Part shown: positions 1 through 12,576 of the stretch, one piece after another
How the letters are laid out: every line of letters starts with the position of its first letter
Numbering within the stretch: position 1 is the stretch's first letter
Source of the DNA: Catajapyx aquilonaris
Lineage: Eukaryota
DNA length: 64,000 bases
Assembly (NCBI GenBank): GCA_000934665.2
Contig: KZ538396.1
Location: forward strand, 1 to 64,000
Direction: 5' to 3'
Made by a program: the position numbers and the translations under genes
The notes under the pieces: model-generated
Seen by the model: the letters and a program-made list of their open reading frames with translations, nothing else
Database searches by the model: none
What the model was told of the DNA's origin: nothing

Positions 1-1831
1 CCGCGAGGTCCCGCGACGTGGCGGCTATCCTGAGGCGAGCTCGCCAGCTTCTGGCGACCTAGCGGCAAGCTCGCGGCTATGTTAAATTTTGGTAAGGGCT
101 GTATAAAATATATTAATTTAAAAGCTCATTTTGTAGGCCGGTAAAATTGAGCTTCTGAATAAGTCTCTATGAGGACATACCATTATAATAGCTATACACC
201 CAGCATTCAAATTAATAAACCGATTATTTTTCCGCTTTAATACTTCACGTTCCACGAAAATGTTCTTTCCACCATTCGCCCTCTCCACTAGTATGTTGTT
301 GCAAAATTCTAATTCCGAGGTACCAGCACATTCGGTCGTCTAGAGGTCCCGTTTACCTCGGATTTATCGAATAACCTTCTGCTCCGTAAAGCCAGAGTCC
401 ACGAGCAGGGGAGGTGACTGGATGGGGTGCACGTGCAAGTCCTAATAATTATCACAAAATAATCATGTTGTGCTAAGTTTCCCCCCTGAGGATATTCCGT
501 GGTATATGCCACCCGAGACTATCTGGATCGGAGGCGACCTAACCCCGAGAGAATGAGGACTTGGAATTTGAACTTGTGATCCTGTGCACGAGACACACCC
601 TGCACCATGCAATCTTCTCTGACGTCATATCTCATGAACTTGAAACGATTTTATTATTTTATTGTATATTATTATTTTATCGTCATCTTTATGATATAAT
701 CAACAAACGATGGAATAAATTTTTTTGCGCATGAGGTCATTTTCACAAGTCAGAATGTGTATATATACAGTAGGAGGTACCGGTACATAGTTTAGTACAG
801 TAATATAATATGATAAAAATGGCCATCATGCCCACCGGGGTAAAATAAATAAAAAATAAAAAAATAAAAAAATAAAATGATAGCTGAGGAGAATAATATT
901 GGACACCTCGATCGGGCGAAAAAACCCTACACAAAAATAACAGCTTCCTCGGGCCGGCGAAAGTTTCGATAACGAAAATACTTGGAACACAGTGTAGGCC
1001 TACATATCAATCATTATTATTAAAGGGAATGACCGAAGGGAAACTGAAAATAATGATGGCATTAATTTTTATCAATTTGAAATAAAATTTGAATGAGAAG
1101 GATCCAATAATTATTATTGGATCTTTCTCATCTACACCACTTGTTACATATTTTACGTGCAAAATTTCATGACCATGCACCTAAGTAATAACCTTGGAAA
1201 TTATGAAAAAATTATTCCGAGAATATTTCTAAAATCACGATATTTTATGATTTTATGATTTTTGGATAATTTTTTTCGGTTAGTGGAAGTGGTCAAAACC
1301 CAATCAATATAATTATATTCATCATATGAAAGAGAAACGCCAGTGGAGTGCGGCCATGAAATTTGTTTTCCTCTGAAATGTAACCCAAAAAAACATGTGG
1401 GGCATTTCATCAGTCACATGTCCAAGAATTTGCCTCCATGCAAAACATAATTATTATCTATTATTAATTTTTCTCGCGAGCCATGCAAGACCCAGGATTG
1501 AAACTGAACATATTGAATCTTGTATGGGTTGCAACTTCTGTCACCAAAATAATATGGCTGCATTTAGGCCCACTTGATTGGGAAAAAAAACCCCGCTCAT
1601 ATAGATTAAGGTTAATCTATGCCCCCGCTATATTCAATGAGGATTTTCGTTGTTTGACTGCCTCGAGGTCAAAAACAATTCGAAGACAAAATGAATGGTC
1701 ATTATGAGTTACGAGTGACCTCAGGAACACGAAAATGGCGATGAATTCCCATGTAGGCCTACAGAAAAAAGTTGATTTTTGTTGCATAGTGTAATAATTT
1801 ATGTTAATCAATACTGTATTGGCATAGTTCT

Positions 1832-1956
1832 ATCTTCAATGACACAAGAACGACTGAACTCACTTGCCGTTATGGCCCACTGAATACGATGTCTTGCAAA
1901 AGGCAGACTTCCAAGATATCCTGAAAGATTTCATGACTAAAAATTGTAGAAAGTGA
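1832..1956 (+). mobile_element. hAT transposase C-terminal (dimerisation domain) remnant
   Basis: Manual translation with one frameshift: SSMTQERLNSLAVMA..EYDVLQKADFQDILKDFMTKNCRK*, typical of hAT/ZMYM1-like C-termini. Confidence 0.6.
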
Positions 1957-2029
1957 ATGTTTAAAGTTTTCCCTTGGTTTATTAAAATAATTTTTATGTA
2001 ATATTTGTATAATAATGTGCAATATTGTG

Positions 2030-2242
2030 TAATAATATTTAATAATTGTTGTTTAATAATGTTTAATAATTGTTGTTTAATAATGTTTAATAATTGTTGT
2101 TTATTAACATTTAAAAATTTATTGTTGTTGTTTAATAATGTTTAATAATTGTTTATTAACACTTAAAAATTTATTATTGTTGTTTAATAATGTTTAATAA
2201 TTGTTGTTTATTAACATTTAAAAATTTATTATTGTTTAATAA
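2030..2242. repeat. AT-rich degenerate tandem repeat (TAATAATGTT / TTGTTGTT units)
   Basis: Repeated tttaataatgtttaataattgttgt blocks are directly visible. Confidence 0.8.
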
Positions 2243-3269
2243 CAACATATACGGTTTATTTCATGACAATAATAATAGTTGCTACCGTTTGTTTTAGTGT
2301 AAAAATTGGCTTATTAAAATAATTTTTGTTGGTTGGTAAAATCAAAAACGTATTATGAGATCATAGCATTTGCGAGGGCAAGGTCGTAGGTCGGTGGAAG
2401 CACTTCATACCTATAATAACAAGTTATTAGCTCTTGATAATAATAATAACAAAATCATGAATATGAATGTCGTATAGTCCTGCACTCCTGCTGCGCTTCG
2501 TGCGTCAATAGGTTATCGCTAATATACAAGTAACTTACTTAGTATCGCCCGTTGTTCTTTTTGTGTAGCTTTTTGCGTTATTTGGGTTCGTTATAAATTT
2601 ATACGGTACGGTATATGAATGGCCTAGTGTTAAGTATACATGTTCAGGCGGGGAGGTCGTGCGACCTTTCATATAGTGTTGAACTTGTTAATTCATGTTG
2701 GTATAGGCTATTCCAAAGCTTCAACCCCTATGAGCAAAGAATATTTTTATTATTGGGAGGCTGTGCATTTTAATAGACAGGCTCATTATGTTACCACAAT
2801 TAAATCTACGTCGACCATTTTCATGCTGTCTATAGCCTACAATAGAGGGCCTATGGTTATTATTAATGTATATGAAAAGGCCGGCACTGTTCCTGTTCGC
2901 AATAAACTCAACCGGGCACTAATATTGCCCAAGCAGGCAAATGACCGTGCCCATATCTCCCTCCGTGGTATTTTCTCATGAGCAGCTCCAACCATTGTGT
3001 TTTTTGTCACCAATTCATGTGCATGCATATAGTTGTTATTGTTAATAATAAATTCTGAGATGCTCGCGCCAGCACTTTTTCTAGGTATTACCAACAGCTC
3101 TTGGTATTACTGCCTGAACTGATGAAAGGAAAATGATGTCCCCATATCCAATGCTGGATTGCTGGTATATAGGCCTACATGACTGATAACTCAGTACAGT
3201 ACAGTCATATATAGGCCTACTGTAGGCTATATTTTGAAAATCAATCTCCAATCATTATGGGCAGGTTCT

Positions 3270-3500
3270 CTCTATGTCACACGAAAGTTTTCGGCGGACG
3301 GAATGGCGTGAAAATCAGGCACATTTCTGCGCCCGTATGTCCCACAATTTTAATGCAAAATATCGAGTATGGTACCATTGTAGAGGCGAAACCTTTTCGC
3401 AGTGCGCCAAGTTCGTGATTTTTCAGATTAACGGCGCGTTTCGCGACAAAAAAATAAAGTTCCCTCAAAAATGCGCCCACCGAATTTTTGATAATGCCTA
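3270..3500 (-). mobile_element. Fragment of the TTAA-target non-autonomous element family also at 51690-52144 and 55446-55954
   Basis: Reverse complement matches cgtgccgttaatctgaaaaatcatgaacta...tacaatggtacc of the other copies. Confidence 0.6.
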
Positions 3501-4428
3501 CTGCCTGTACTTTGTCAGTTACATTCACCTAAGCCTGTGTGACCTTGAACCCAAATTTTTCGCTTGCGGCGGGCTTGTATACGCTCTTTGCCGATTTCCC
3601 ATTTTACGACATGTTTAATATTAACATGTCTTTCATGCAATTCTAAAAATAAAGCTTATTTCGATATATCGATATTTTCGTTGATATATCGGCATATGAA
3701 TATAGTAAGATCCAAGAGTAAGATAGTCGAAGATAAGTTCACTCCCAAATATAAGATAATATCGGCTGGTTGGTACCTTGTTGGTACCGGTTGGTACCAG
3801 TTGTACGTTGTACCTGGTTGTACGGTAATGAGTTAATGACATATGTACGGTATACGGTAAAGTCGCTTTTGTGATGTAGGGCCTACTCAAAATAAAATTA
3901 AAATTAAAATTAAAATATATCCGACGTGCTTATTACAGCTATAGTATAGGAGGATTCCACTGTACGTGACTGTACTCTGTCAGTTACATTCACCTAAGCT
4001 TGTGCGACCTTGAAATCCCCCCCCCCCCNATCCCCCCCCCCCTTTCCCTCTTTGCTCGTTTTACCTTGGTTTTTATACCCTAGCTTTCCAGCGGCCGGGT
4101 TGCACATGCACATTTTGTCGCATTTTGTGCTGTTCTGAAAATTCCTTAGGCATATTTACGTGTATCTCATATTTTAACCTAATGTTTAATTCACAAAATG
4201 CCATGTTTTAAAATGTACAGTAATTTTTAGGCGAAATACGGTCAGTCATTTTGACACTCTAGTGGTGCGGTTGCTAAGGGTCAGGTTGCTGTCAACGCTG
4301 GTTGGCAACACTGTCCGGCGTCAAGATAAACAATCATGGCTTGAGAAGAGAGAACAATCACGGACGTGGAACAATCATGACAAGAGATTTACCTGCTTAA
4401 GCCTTCCGCCATAACTACAACTGCTGAA

Positions 4429-4659
4429 ATGCCGGTTCCATTGCCTCCATTTCCACTGGCCCAGGGCGAAGAACTCGCAACCTGCCCATACAACTCACAT
4501 CACAAGATTTTGAAGAGCAAACTTTCCCAACATATTGTGAAGTGTCGCCGGATGAACCCGAGCATGCACTTGGTTGTGTGTAGTTATGATGCCAGCCATC
4601 ACGTGCGGCCAGAGCAGCTTGCGGCACATGAGGCTACCTGTCGGTCCCGTAGACACTAA
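4429..4659 (+). CDS. GTSF1: GTSF1/Asterix-like protein with two CHHC U11-48K zinc fingers (76 aa, single exon)
   Basis: CPYNSHH-KILKSKLSQ-HIVKC and CSYDASH-HVRPEQLAA-HEATC both fit C-x5-H-x9-H-x3-C; ATG to TAA with no intron needed. Orthology within the family is not resolved. Confidence 0.75.
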   Translation: MPVPLPPFPLAQGEELATCPYNSHHKILKSKLSQHIVKCRRMNPSMHLVVCSYDASHHVRPEQLAAHEATCRSRRH

Positions 4660-4926
4660 GGCAACGAGGTCTGTGCCCGAGGCCTCCCTGTGTGAGTGTT
4701 CTCATTATCATTATTATTAATGTGATTTTCTAAACATTTCGCTTTGAACCTCCCCATATGTTTATTTCCATCATGTCTATTGATGGCGGTGTAGGAGAAA
4801 CCATTCAAAGATGTGAAAGGAAGAGCCAAGAGGGGAGCCTCTACGCCAGACGACCAACAATAACTGTCTTAGCAACAAAAGGTGAAGTAGGCCATAATCC
4901 AAACACAGAATAAATTACAATCTATA

Positions 4927-5261
4927 CAGGGTGATCAAACTTTTTTGTTGTTTTAGTTATTGACAAATTCGGCCTTAGCTGCTATTGTAGCCGTGGCTAG
5001 CAACCAGTTGTTGAAATAAAAAATCGGAAATAATTAACAACCGTTGATATTAGGGATTAAACAACACGAAACAAATGAAGAATAGCATTCTAATTTGTTC
5101 GAATCGATCTTCATTTGTTTCGTGTTGTTTAATCCCTAATATCAACTGTTGTTATTTCCTATTTCTGATTTCAACAACTGGTTGTTAGCCACGGCTACAA
5201 TATAAGCAGCTAAGGCCGAATTTGTCAATAACTAAAACGACAAAAATGTTTGATCACCCTG
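4927..5261. mobile_element. Palindromic MITE with CAGGGTG termini (Tc1/mariner-like)
   Basis: TA|CAGGGTGATCAAAC...GTTTGATCACCCTG; arms pair almost to the centre (~5080-5107). A right-arm copy lies at ~60890-60957. Confidence 0.85.
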
Positions 5262-5262
5262 A

Positions 5263-5265
<3 letters not shown>

Positions 5266-5349
<84 letters not shown>
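5266..5349. repeat. (AAT)n microsatellite
   Basis: Pure AAT run. Confidence 0.95.
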
Positions 5350-5350
<1 letters not shown>

Positions 5351-5351
5351 C

Positions 5352-5735
5352 GAAGCAGTAGTGGTGTAGTGGTATGGTGTCCGACTGCTAATCGGGAGGT
5401 CCTGGGTTCGAATCCCGGAGGCCGGCGACCCTGACCATGGTTTTCTGTGGTTTCCCATGGTCCTTGCAGGATAATTCCGGGGTCGTTACCGTAATATAGG
5501 CCACAGCCGACTCCTTTCTTCCCTTTCCCTGCTTGATTCCGGTGATGAGAAAAATAGTAAAAATGGAAGAGTTCCAGACAAAAAATTGGGAGAAATCCCC
5601 CCCTAGGAAAGCCCGTAGGCTGATAATGGGGTATCAAATTATTATTATTATTATTATTATTAATAATAATAATAACAATAATAATAATAATAATGATAAT
5701 GATAAAAATAAAATAAAATAATAATAATAATAATC
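5352..5735 (+). mobile_element. tRNA-derived SINE with (TTA/AAT)n tail
   Basis: A box TGGTGTAGTGG, B box GGTTCGAATCC; body ggttttctgtggtttccc shared with the 43805-44225 copy; GGGGTA then simple-repeat tail. Confidence 0.8.
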
Positions 5736-5929
5736 CAGGTAGTGCTAGACCGTATCAGGTATGGAGCACGGACCTTTATTATACTATTGAAGTACAATGC
5801 AGTACAATGATGGAACCTTGAGCGAATCGCCTGGGCCCACAGGCAGGATGACAGGAGGGGATGTGCAAAGTGTAGTGCAATGTCATTGCTAGTGTCATTT
5901 TGTGAACTCTCCCCGGTAGATTACTCTAA

Positions 5930-6065
5930 GGAAATTCCACCCGAGACGACGCCAGAGACGACCCAACTCTGCACGAGATGAAGGGGGGAAACCTGGGCTG
6001 GGATCGAACCCGGGACCTTAACATCTGTGGGCACATACGTTACCGCAGCACCACTCTGCCTCCCG
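5930..6065 (-). mobile_element. tRNA-derived SINE head
   Basis: Minus strand has A-box-like TGGTGCTGCGG and B box GGTTCGATCCC. Confidence 0.6.
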
Positions 6066-6082
6066 TATTGCAATCTATATAT

Positions 6083-7332
6083 ACAACAACAACAACAACA
6101 ACATCACGACATTTCCCTATGAGGGGTAGTCAGCGATGAAGGGAGACGCAAGCTAACCCAACATATGAACTAATAAAACTCATGAGAATAATCCTAAAAA
6201 CAACCTGTCCCACCCCCACCCCTGCCCACCTCAGACATCACCTTATCCTCAGACATATTTACCTATTTACCCATTAATTAACCTATGTCATTTACACCTA
6301 TCCAAACAAACAACCCTAGCCTCAGCCACGTCCATGGTCCTATTGACACAAGAACGTCTCGGCTTAACACTAAAGACACTGACCCACCTGGTCCAACCAT
6401 GTCTTCCTAGGCCTACCCTTGCCCCTCTTACCAACTACTCCACCCAAATAAACCTTCTTCACAATCGCCTTCATCCTCTCCTCATGGCCAAACCACCTTA
6501 GAGTAGACCTACACACCTTATCTTTAACAGTCTCCTTAACATTACACCTCTCCAAAATCTCCTCATTCCTAATCCTATCGAACTTGGTAACCCCACAAAC
6601 AGCCCGGAGATAACGCATCTCTGTAGCCAACACCCTACTCTTATGCCTATCTGACCAAACCCCCGCTTCACTACCATACATAAGTGAAGGAACAATAACG
6701 TGAGAGTCGACAGACAACCTACAGGCAGAAGATAAGTCCTTATTTCTAGAAAACTTACTTGTGGCACCTATTACTTTCAACCCAGAACTGACTCTCCTGT
6801 CTATTTCCCCATCAATTCTACCATTACTCTCAAGGACACCACCCAGGTATACAAACTGGCTGACCTGCTCAACAAGCTTTCCTCATACCTGCAACATACA
6901 AGGAGAAACCTGCTGTCCTCTCTCAAATACCAATACCTTAGTCTTATCTACATTAATCCTCATACCCCTCTTTTCACAAACATTATCTAACTTGCATAGG
7001 ATCAACTGTAAATCAGCCTCACTCTCCGCCAGAAGGGCAGAATCATCTGCATATAGCAAGTGACTATCTCCTCACCAAACTGTACTCCTACGCCTTCAAC
7101 CATAGCTTCCCTTACACATGCATCTAAGTACAAGTTAAATAACCAGGGAGACATGATGCAACCCTGCTTAACCCCAACACTAATGTTAAACCAGTCAGAG
7201 AAACCCCCACTAGTTCTAACACAAGCTCTATTCTCTTCATACAATGACTTTACAGCCTCCAACAGGCGACCCTTCACTCCATAGAGACTCAGAACTTCCC
7301 ACAAACCTTCCCTACTTACTGTGTCATATGCT
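6083..7332 (-). mobile_element. RTE-clade LINE, 5'-truncated, frameshifted RT
   Basis: ORFs 7002-7304 ([18 protein letters not shown]) and 6370-6780 (LRWFGHEERM..GKRGKGRPRKTW); (TTG)n tail on the minus strand. Confidence 0.9.
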
Positions 7333-7689
7333 TAATCTATATATGTGCAGTACATATTATGTGTATATACATGCGTGCAATATTTGTCAATAATAATTAA
7401 TAAGAATGTTAAACCAGTAATTTTGGACAAAACCTGCATTGGTGCAACCCCAGTTAAGTAGGAGTGTAATTCCATTATTGTGTCTGATACTGATAGTCAT
7501 AAATTACAAATGTTCACCAAATTGTTGAATATTTCAAAATAATATAGGTGCAACCTCCCTGTAAAGTGCAATGTTCATGTGCTTGTCAATCCTTTATTGT
7601 TCATGTTCAACTCATGCAGTTAGGGACAGGTGTAATTAAAAGAAACAGTTCCACTTGTGTCATGAGGATGTGACGATGCTCTATTTTAA

Positions 7690-7971
7690 CCCTGGAACCG
7701 TGCCGTGGGGTCTTTTTGGACTCCAAGGAATTAAAATGCATTAAAATGATAATTACAATGAATTTTTCCAATTTTTTTACAGTGTATAACAGGAAGTGCA
7801 TGTTTATTTTGAATTAGCAATCATTTTAGGCATTTTTCAAAGAATGATTGTATAAAGTCAATACATTGAAAAGTATTATATAAAAATTACTAAAAATTAA
7901 AATATGAATGGGGTCTGAAAAGACCCCACGGCACGGTTGCCGTAACTTCCAGGCACGGCATGGTTCCAGGG
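7690..7971. mobile_element. piggyBac-like MITE
   Basis: TTAA|CCCTGGAACC...GGTTCCAGGG|TTAA, plus a subterminal inverted repeat accgtgccgtggggtcttt. Confidence 0.85.
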
Positions 7972-9167
7972 TTAAATGGCATTAGTTGCATTCCCAATGG
8001 TTACTTGGATGGAAAAATAATAATTAACGTGGACATATTTCTTGAGATTGAACGATTGAATTGTTGTTGTTTCTCTGTCTGTTCATGACTCTGCAAATCA
8101 ATGTGAGCACTCAACAATGTGGATTCAGAAAGGAAAGAAACATAACCCAATGACCACCAGTTACCATATTACCTCACTTAAAGCGGCATGCCAGTGTAGT
8201 CGAGGTCGACCAGTTTTAGACTTTTCAAGAAAAAAAGTCTCATGGAACAGCTCTGTGTGTCTGTCTGTGGACAGGTATCAGACAGACAGACAGAGCTGCA
8301 GTGCTATAAGACTTTTCGATTTTCTTGTTCCGGGTTCACTCTATCTGCGCCATCCGCCTGGCTGCCACGGCTTCTCAGACAAATTGATACCACTACGCAA
8401 CGTGATCATCTGATTGCCAACAAGATCTGTGACCAGCGAACTATTGATAGCAAAGCAAAGGACTGAAGGAATTTGCCTTGATCCTTTGCAGATCCTTTGT
8501 AATGATTAGGGTGCCCCTCTCAGAGCAGGCTGACAGTCGGATTGGTCACACTCTGTGAAGGCGCGTGTGCAAGGCTGGCTGTTCAGAAGTAGCTTCCCTG
8601 TCAAATGAAATAATGTCATTAACCACTCGGTGTTTTTTGATTTATAAATTCCCTGGACACTATTTCCAAAAAACCAAAGTGGTTTGCAAATAAATTATAG
8701 AAAACGGGGGCTAAATTTTGAGGCAATAACTCCCAAAGCTGTAGGCCGTACGGTGCAGGAGGAGTTGCTGCCTCAGCGGGTATTAATAATATAGATTATT
8801 GTTATTATAAAATTGTACCAAATACACTTTAAAAGTAAAGAAGTAGGCTTAATCGATGAGGTTGACACTCATGATATGTCATGGGATGAGCTGCTTTGGT
8901 TCTGGACATTTCATTACCGGTATTCCATTCTGTATCAACTGTTCATTAAAAAGTTAACTGCATACTATGTTTAAATAGATTGGATTACAGTTAAATAATG
9001 TGTATTTAGTACAATAAAACTGATTGCACACTTCAATGCCATTATATGTATGGTCACTAACATAATCCCTTTGTGTATGGAAATGTACCATTTTTGTCAC
9101 TTTAACTCGTCATAACTTTTGCAAATATGGGCTTCAGCACACAATGACTGCATTATTGGTTATCATA

Positions 9168-10066
9168 TGAGGGCCGTACCAAAATGATTTGCAATTTATT
9201 ATTTGCTGAAAATACAGGGACCATGCAGGTTGGCAAATAGGCACACACTATCGACAGAACCCTCCCGGAGCTGAATGCACAGGAGTCATGGGTGTGGCAC
9301 CTCTGCAGGCCCCCCAGCAACCACTTTTGGAGGTGCGATGCACCTACTACCGGACAACTGCTCAGTCAGCAACTATCAACAATGTCTTTAAAATGGTGTT
9401 GGTGAAGGGATTTTTTCATGGATCTTGCTTTGAGTGCTTCCACACCCACCGTACTCCCCTGGCCTGGCCTCCAGTGACTTTGTTTGTTTGTTTGTTTGTT
9501 TGTTTGTTTGTTTGTAATACCCCGTGATAGGGCCAGGGGCCCTCGGGGGGGGGGGGAGGGGGGTGTTCCCAAGGGAGGGCACTCTTAAGTAGTCATTTCT
9601 GACCCTCTTAAATATACCAGACCTTTATTCTTGGCCCTGGGCTGAGAATGGGGTGCAATCCTGGCCGGACATGTTGGGTGAAAAGCGGAAACAGACCTGA
9701 CCAAGCGAAGGTATTACTGCCTGACTCGGATGGGAACCCCGGACCTCCCGCTTGACTGGCCAGTAGAATACCCACTAGACCACCATGCCCCCCGCCTCTA
9801 GTGACTTTCATCTGTTCGAACATATTTAAAAAGTCCCTTCGCCGATGCCATTTCGAGGACATTGTTGACTGTGAAGAGCTGTCTGGGAGTCGGTGCGCCG
9901 CACCACCCAAAAGTGGCTCTTGGAGGGCCTGGAGAGGTTGACCAGTGCCAGTGCATTCGGCTCCAGGAAGATTCTATATATAATGTGTGCCTATTTTCCG
10001 ACCTGCATGGGAGCTGTGTCTGTGGCAAGAAAAAACAAATTGTAAATCATTTTGGTACTGCCCTCG
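9168..10066 (+). mobile_element. Decayed mariner element interrupted by a SINE
   Basis: TA-flanked TIRs (TGAGGGCCGTACCAAAATGATTTGCAATTT / AAATTGTAAATCATTTTGGTACTGCCCTCG); YSPGLASSDF(HLF) remnant of the mariner YSPDLAPxD motif. Confidence 0.8.
9482..9793 (-). mobile_element. tRNA-derived SINE with (CAAA)n tail
   Basis: Flanked by a 15-bp TSD gcctc(c/t)agtgacttt; A/B boxes on the minus strand; related copy at 63225-63469. Confidence 0.85.
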
Positions 10067-10699
10067 TAAAATTGTCATTTCTTTGAGTTGATTTTTGACA
10101 AATCTTCTGGAAACAGTATTTAAGAAAGGTTGATTGTAATTGTCTTTTAATATGAAATCAATATTATTTTCATATGTTGTCGCAGGGCCCCTAAAAGGCA
10201 TGGGGCCCATAGGCCAGTGTCTATTCTGCCTATTGGGTAATCTGGCAGGGTGTAACAGGAAGTGACCGAAGCGATGGACGTATTGCAGGTTGTATCCACG
10301 ATACACAGTGTGTTTGGAGTCGTTTTTGTTATAGCTAATATCGCCTGAAGTACCTTTTGTTTAGCCTTGTTGCGGCCAGAACCAAGTGCTCAATTATTCC
10401 CAGGTAAGATCGAATAGATCAATATCAATATCTGTTGTCTGCAAGTTGTGAAAATCTGAGTTTGATAGTCATGAATTCTCAAACATTTGAAATGCCCACA
10501 GAAAGTCTAAGAGAGTGCACCAAAAATTATTATCAAGCTTCAGATCAATCCGGACCGATCCGGACCAATCTCAATAATACTGGAATGTATCATTTATTGT
10601 CACATTGATGATTTACACATCCCACATCCCTGCGAGATGTTATCGTTAAATATGGAAACTAAGTAAGATGATTTTTAAAATAAAAATCTGAAACCATCC

Positions 10700-11350
10700 A
10701 TCCACAAACAACTACTGACGTGTAATGAGTGATAATGAGAGAGACCTTAATCTGAATTGGCGGTTGGCAGCAGCTTTTACAATCCGCCACCAGGTTCGCA
10801 AGTCACTGGGCGCCTCGTTGATGGGCGCCAACGCTGGGCGCCAAAACCATCCTTGTTTGGAAAGGTTTGGAACACATCGACCGAGGCGCCACAATCGGAT
10901 AATAGCCACTGCACGCTGCCATATTTGTACACCGAACACAAATCGGCCAATAGGAACAGGGATATTTGGGTATGTAAATCGTTTCATTCCGCTCCGCATA
11001 TGGGAGGTTGGCGCTAGTTGTGGTTGCATTCAAATGCTAACGTATTTTGAGATTTGCGCGCTCCCGGCCATTTGCCATGGGTTAACCGACGGCGTGTTGG
11101 GACTTGGTCCCAATCCCGCCGGGGTCTTCGATGGTGTTGGGTGTTCAAGGAGCTGCTCCACATTATCTTGGGAAGCTCTGAGGATAACCTGAGGTCGGAA
11201 GCAAGAAGTGAAAAGGTAATTGGGGTTCGATGCTAGGGCCGTCCGATCGGTGTGTGGAATCCCTTTGTCACTTTTCAACGCTGAACTAGGATGCAAATGA
11301 TGGTTCTTATTACGCCTGCTGCAACGTATTACCTGATTTGGAATAGGGCT
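10700..11350. promoter_or_regulatory. CpG-rich segment; candidate promoter or unannotated exon region
   Basis: Locally high CpG, repeated GGCGCC including E2F-like TTTTGGCGCCC (minus strand, 10836-10846), CCAAT, and a strong minus-strand splice acceptor at 11189-11190. Confidence 0.3.
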
Positions 11351-11479
11351 TACGAGGAAGTGTCCACTTACAAAAACAGGTTGATTATTAGAAAATCAAT
11401 AAGGAAATTTTCAATATAACTGGAAATGCATTTGAAATGTAGCGGAACATATCATTCGTGCAAGATATTCTATAATTAT

Positions 11480-11780
11480 TTTGTTTTGTATTACCCCGTG
11501 ATAGGGCCAGAGGCCCGCTTAGGGGGTGGAACACCATATATCGCATTCAATTTTCGTGTTTTTCTTCATACTCCATGCAAGGAAGGACATGGGGATAAGG
11601 ATGGGGATTTTTGGGGAGGGGAGAAGGTGCAGGTACAATGTCTGAAAATGGGTCATGTGCAATACCCCTGGAGGCTAGGTTGCCAGACGCCTCCAAGGCG
11701 CTGTGACGCAGGCGAAATTGAACTCCCGGGTGGGGTTTGAATCCGGGACCTTTCGCAAAGCAAGCCGAGACGTTACACCT
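11480..11780 (-). mobile_element. tRNA-derived SINE
   Basis: Minus-strand B-box-like GGATTCAAACCC; 3' end ggccctatcacggggta followed by an A-rich tail. Confidence 0.65.
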
Positions 11781-12576
11781 CCTTTGATGTTTTATTAATT
11801 TATTAGCCAGTATACTGTAATGGGTAGTGCAGTAGTCTCAGAGTGCAATGATGTCACAGTGTAGATGGGTGCAAGGAAGGCATTTTCCAGCCACGCATGC
11901 TCGTTGCAAACTGGTAGCTAGTGCTGCATTGGTGTAACATCAGATCTTACAATGGAATTTCAAGGAAACATTGGAATTGGAAGTTTTAGTGTATTTATTT
12001 GCAAGGTTGTACTTTATACAGGGTGGACGGAAAGTTTTGGACCCCCCCAGGTTTTTAAACCCTCCTTTTCACAGCGTTTTTTCACATCTTTTAAAAGTCC
12101 ACAAGCAGTTCTAATGTGCACTACCTTTTGAAGCATAATCTTGAGAACATCTGAGCACCTTCGCTCTCGCAATGCCATTAATAACTTCGCCTCTGTGACT
12201 CATCTAAGCATCCTGTCCGTTTTGCGTTTATTTTGCTTGTTGCCTTGGAGGACCCCTGGTCATATTCTGCGTCAGATAAGGTTTTTATGACCCTTTTACA
12301 TGAGTTCCCCTTCATGCAAATGTTGCGAACTCACTCCTGACCTTATTTTTCGCATTGGTCCATAACCTGGTCCAATAAAAATTTGAAAAGGAATGCATGA
12401 AATGGCGGACCCGGATGCATTACTTTCGAATTGGTACCATCACATTTGTCTCCATTTTTACTTGAAGCTAATTTTTTAGTGGGAAAGGACAGTAAACAGT
12501 CCTACCTTGGTGAATTAATCAACATGACACATCCTTTCGTTCACGTCCTTTCGCACCAAAAAATTATTTCAAAGTA

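Noticed and set aside
5352..5430. tRNA genes (also at 14150, 18400, 43810 and 63400)
   Set aside because: A/B boxes run into shared SINE bodies and tails, with no acceptor stem or poly-T terminator evident.
5222..5721. Poly-N/I/L ORFs
   Set aside because: Produced by (AAT)n and a SINE.
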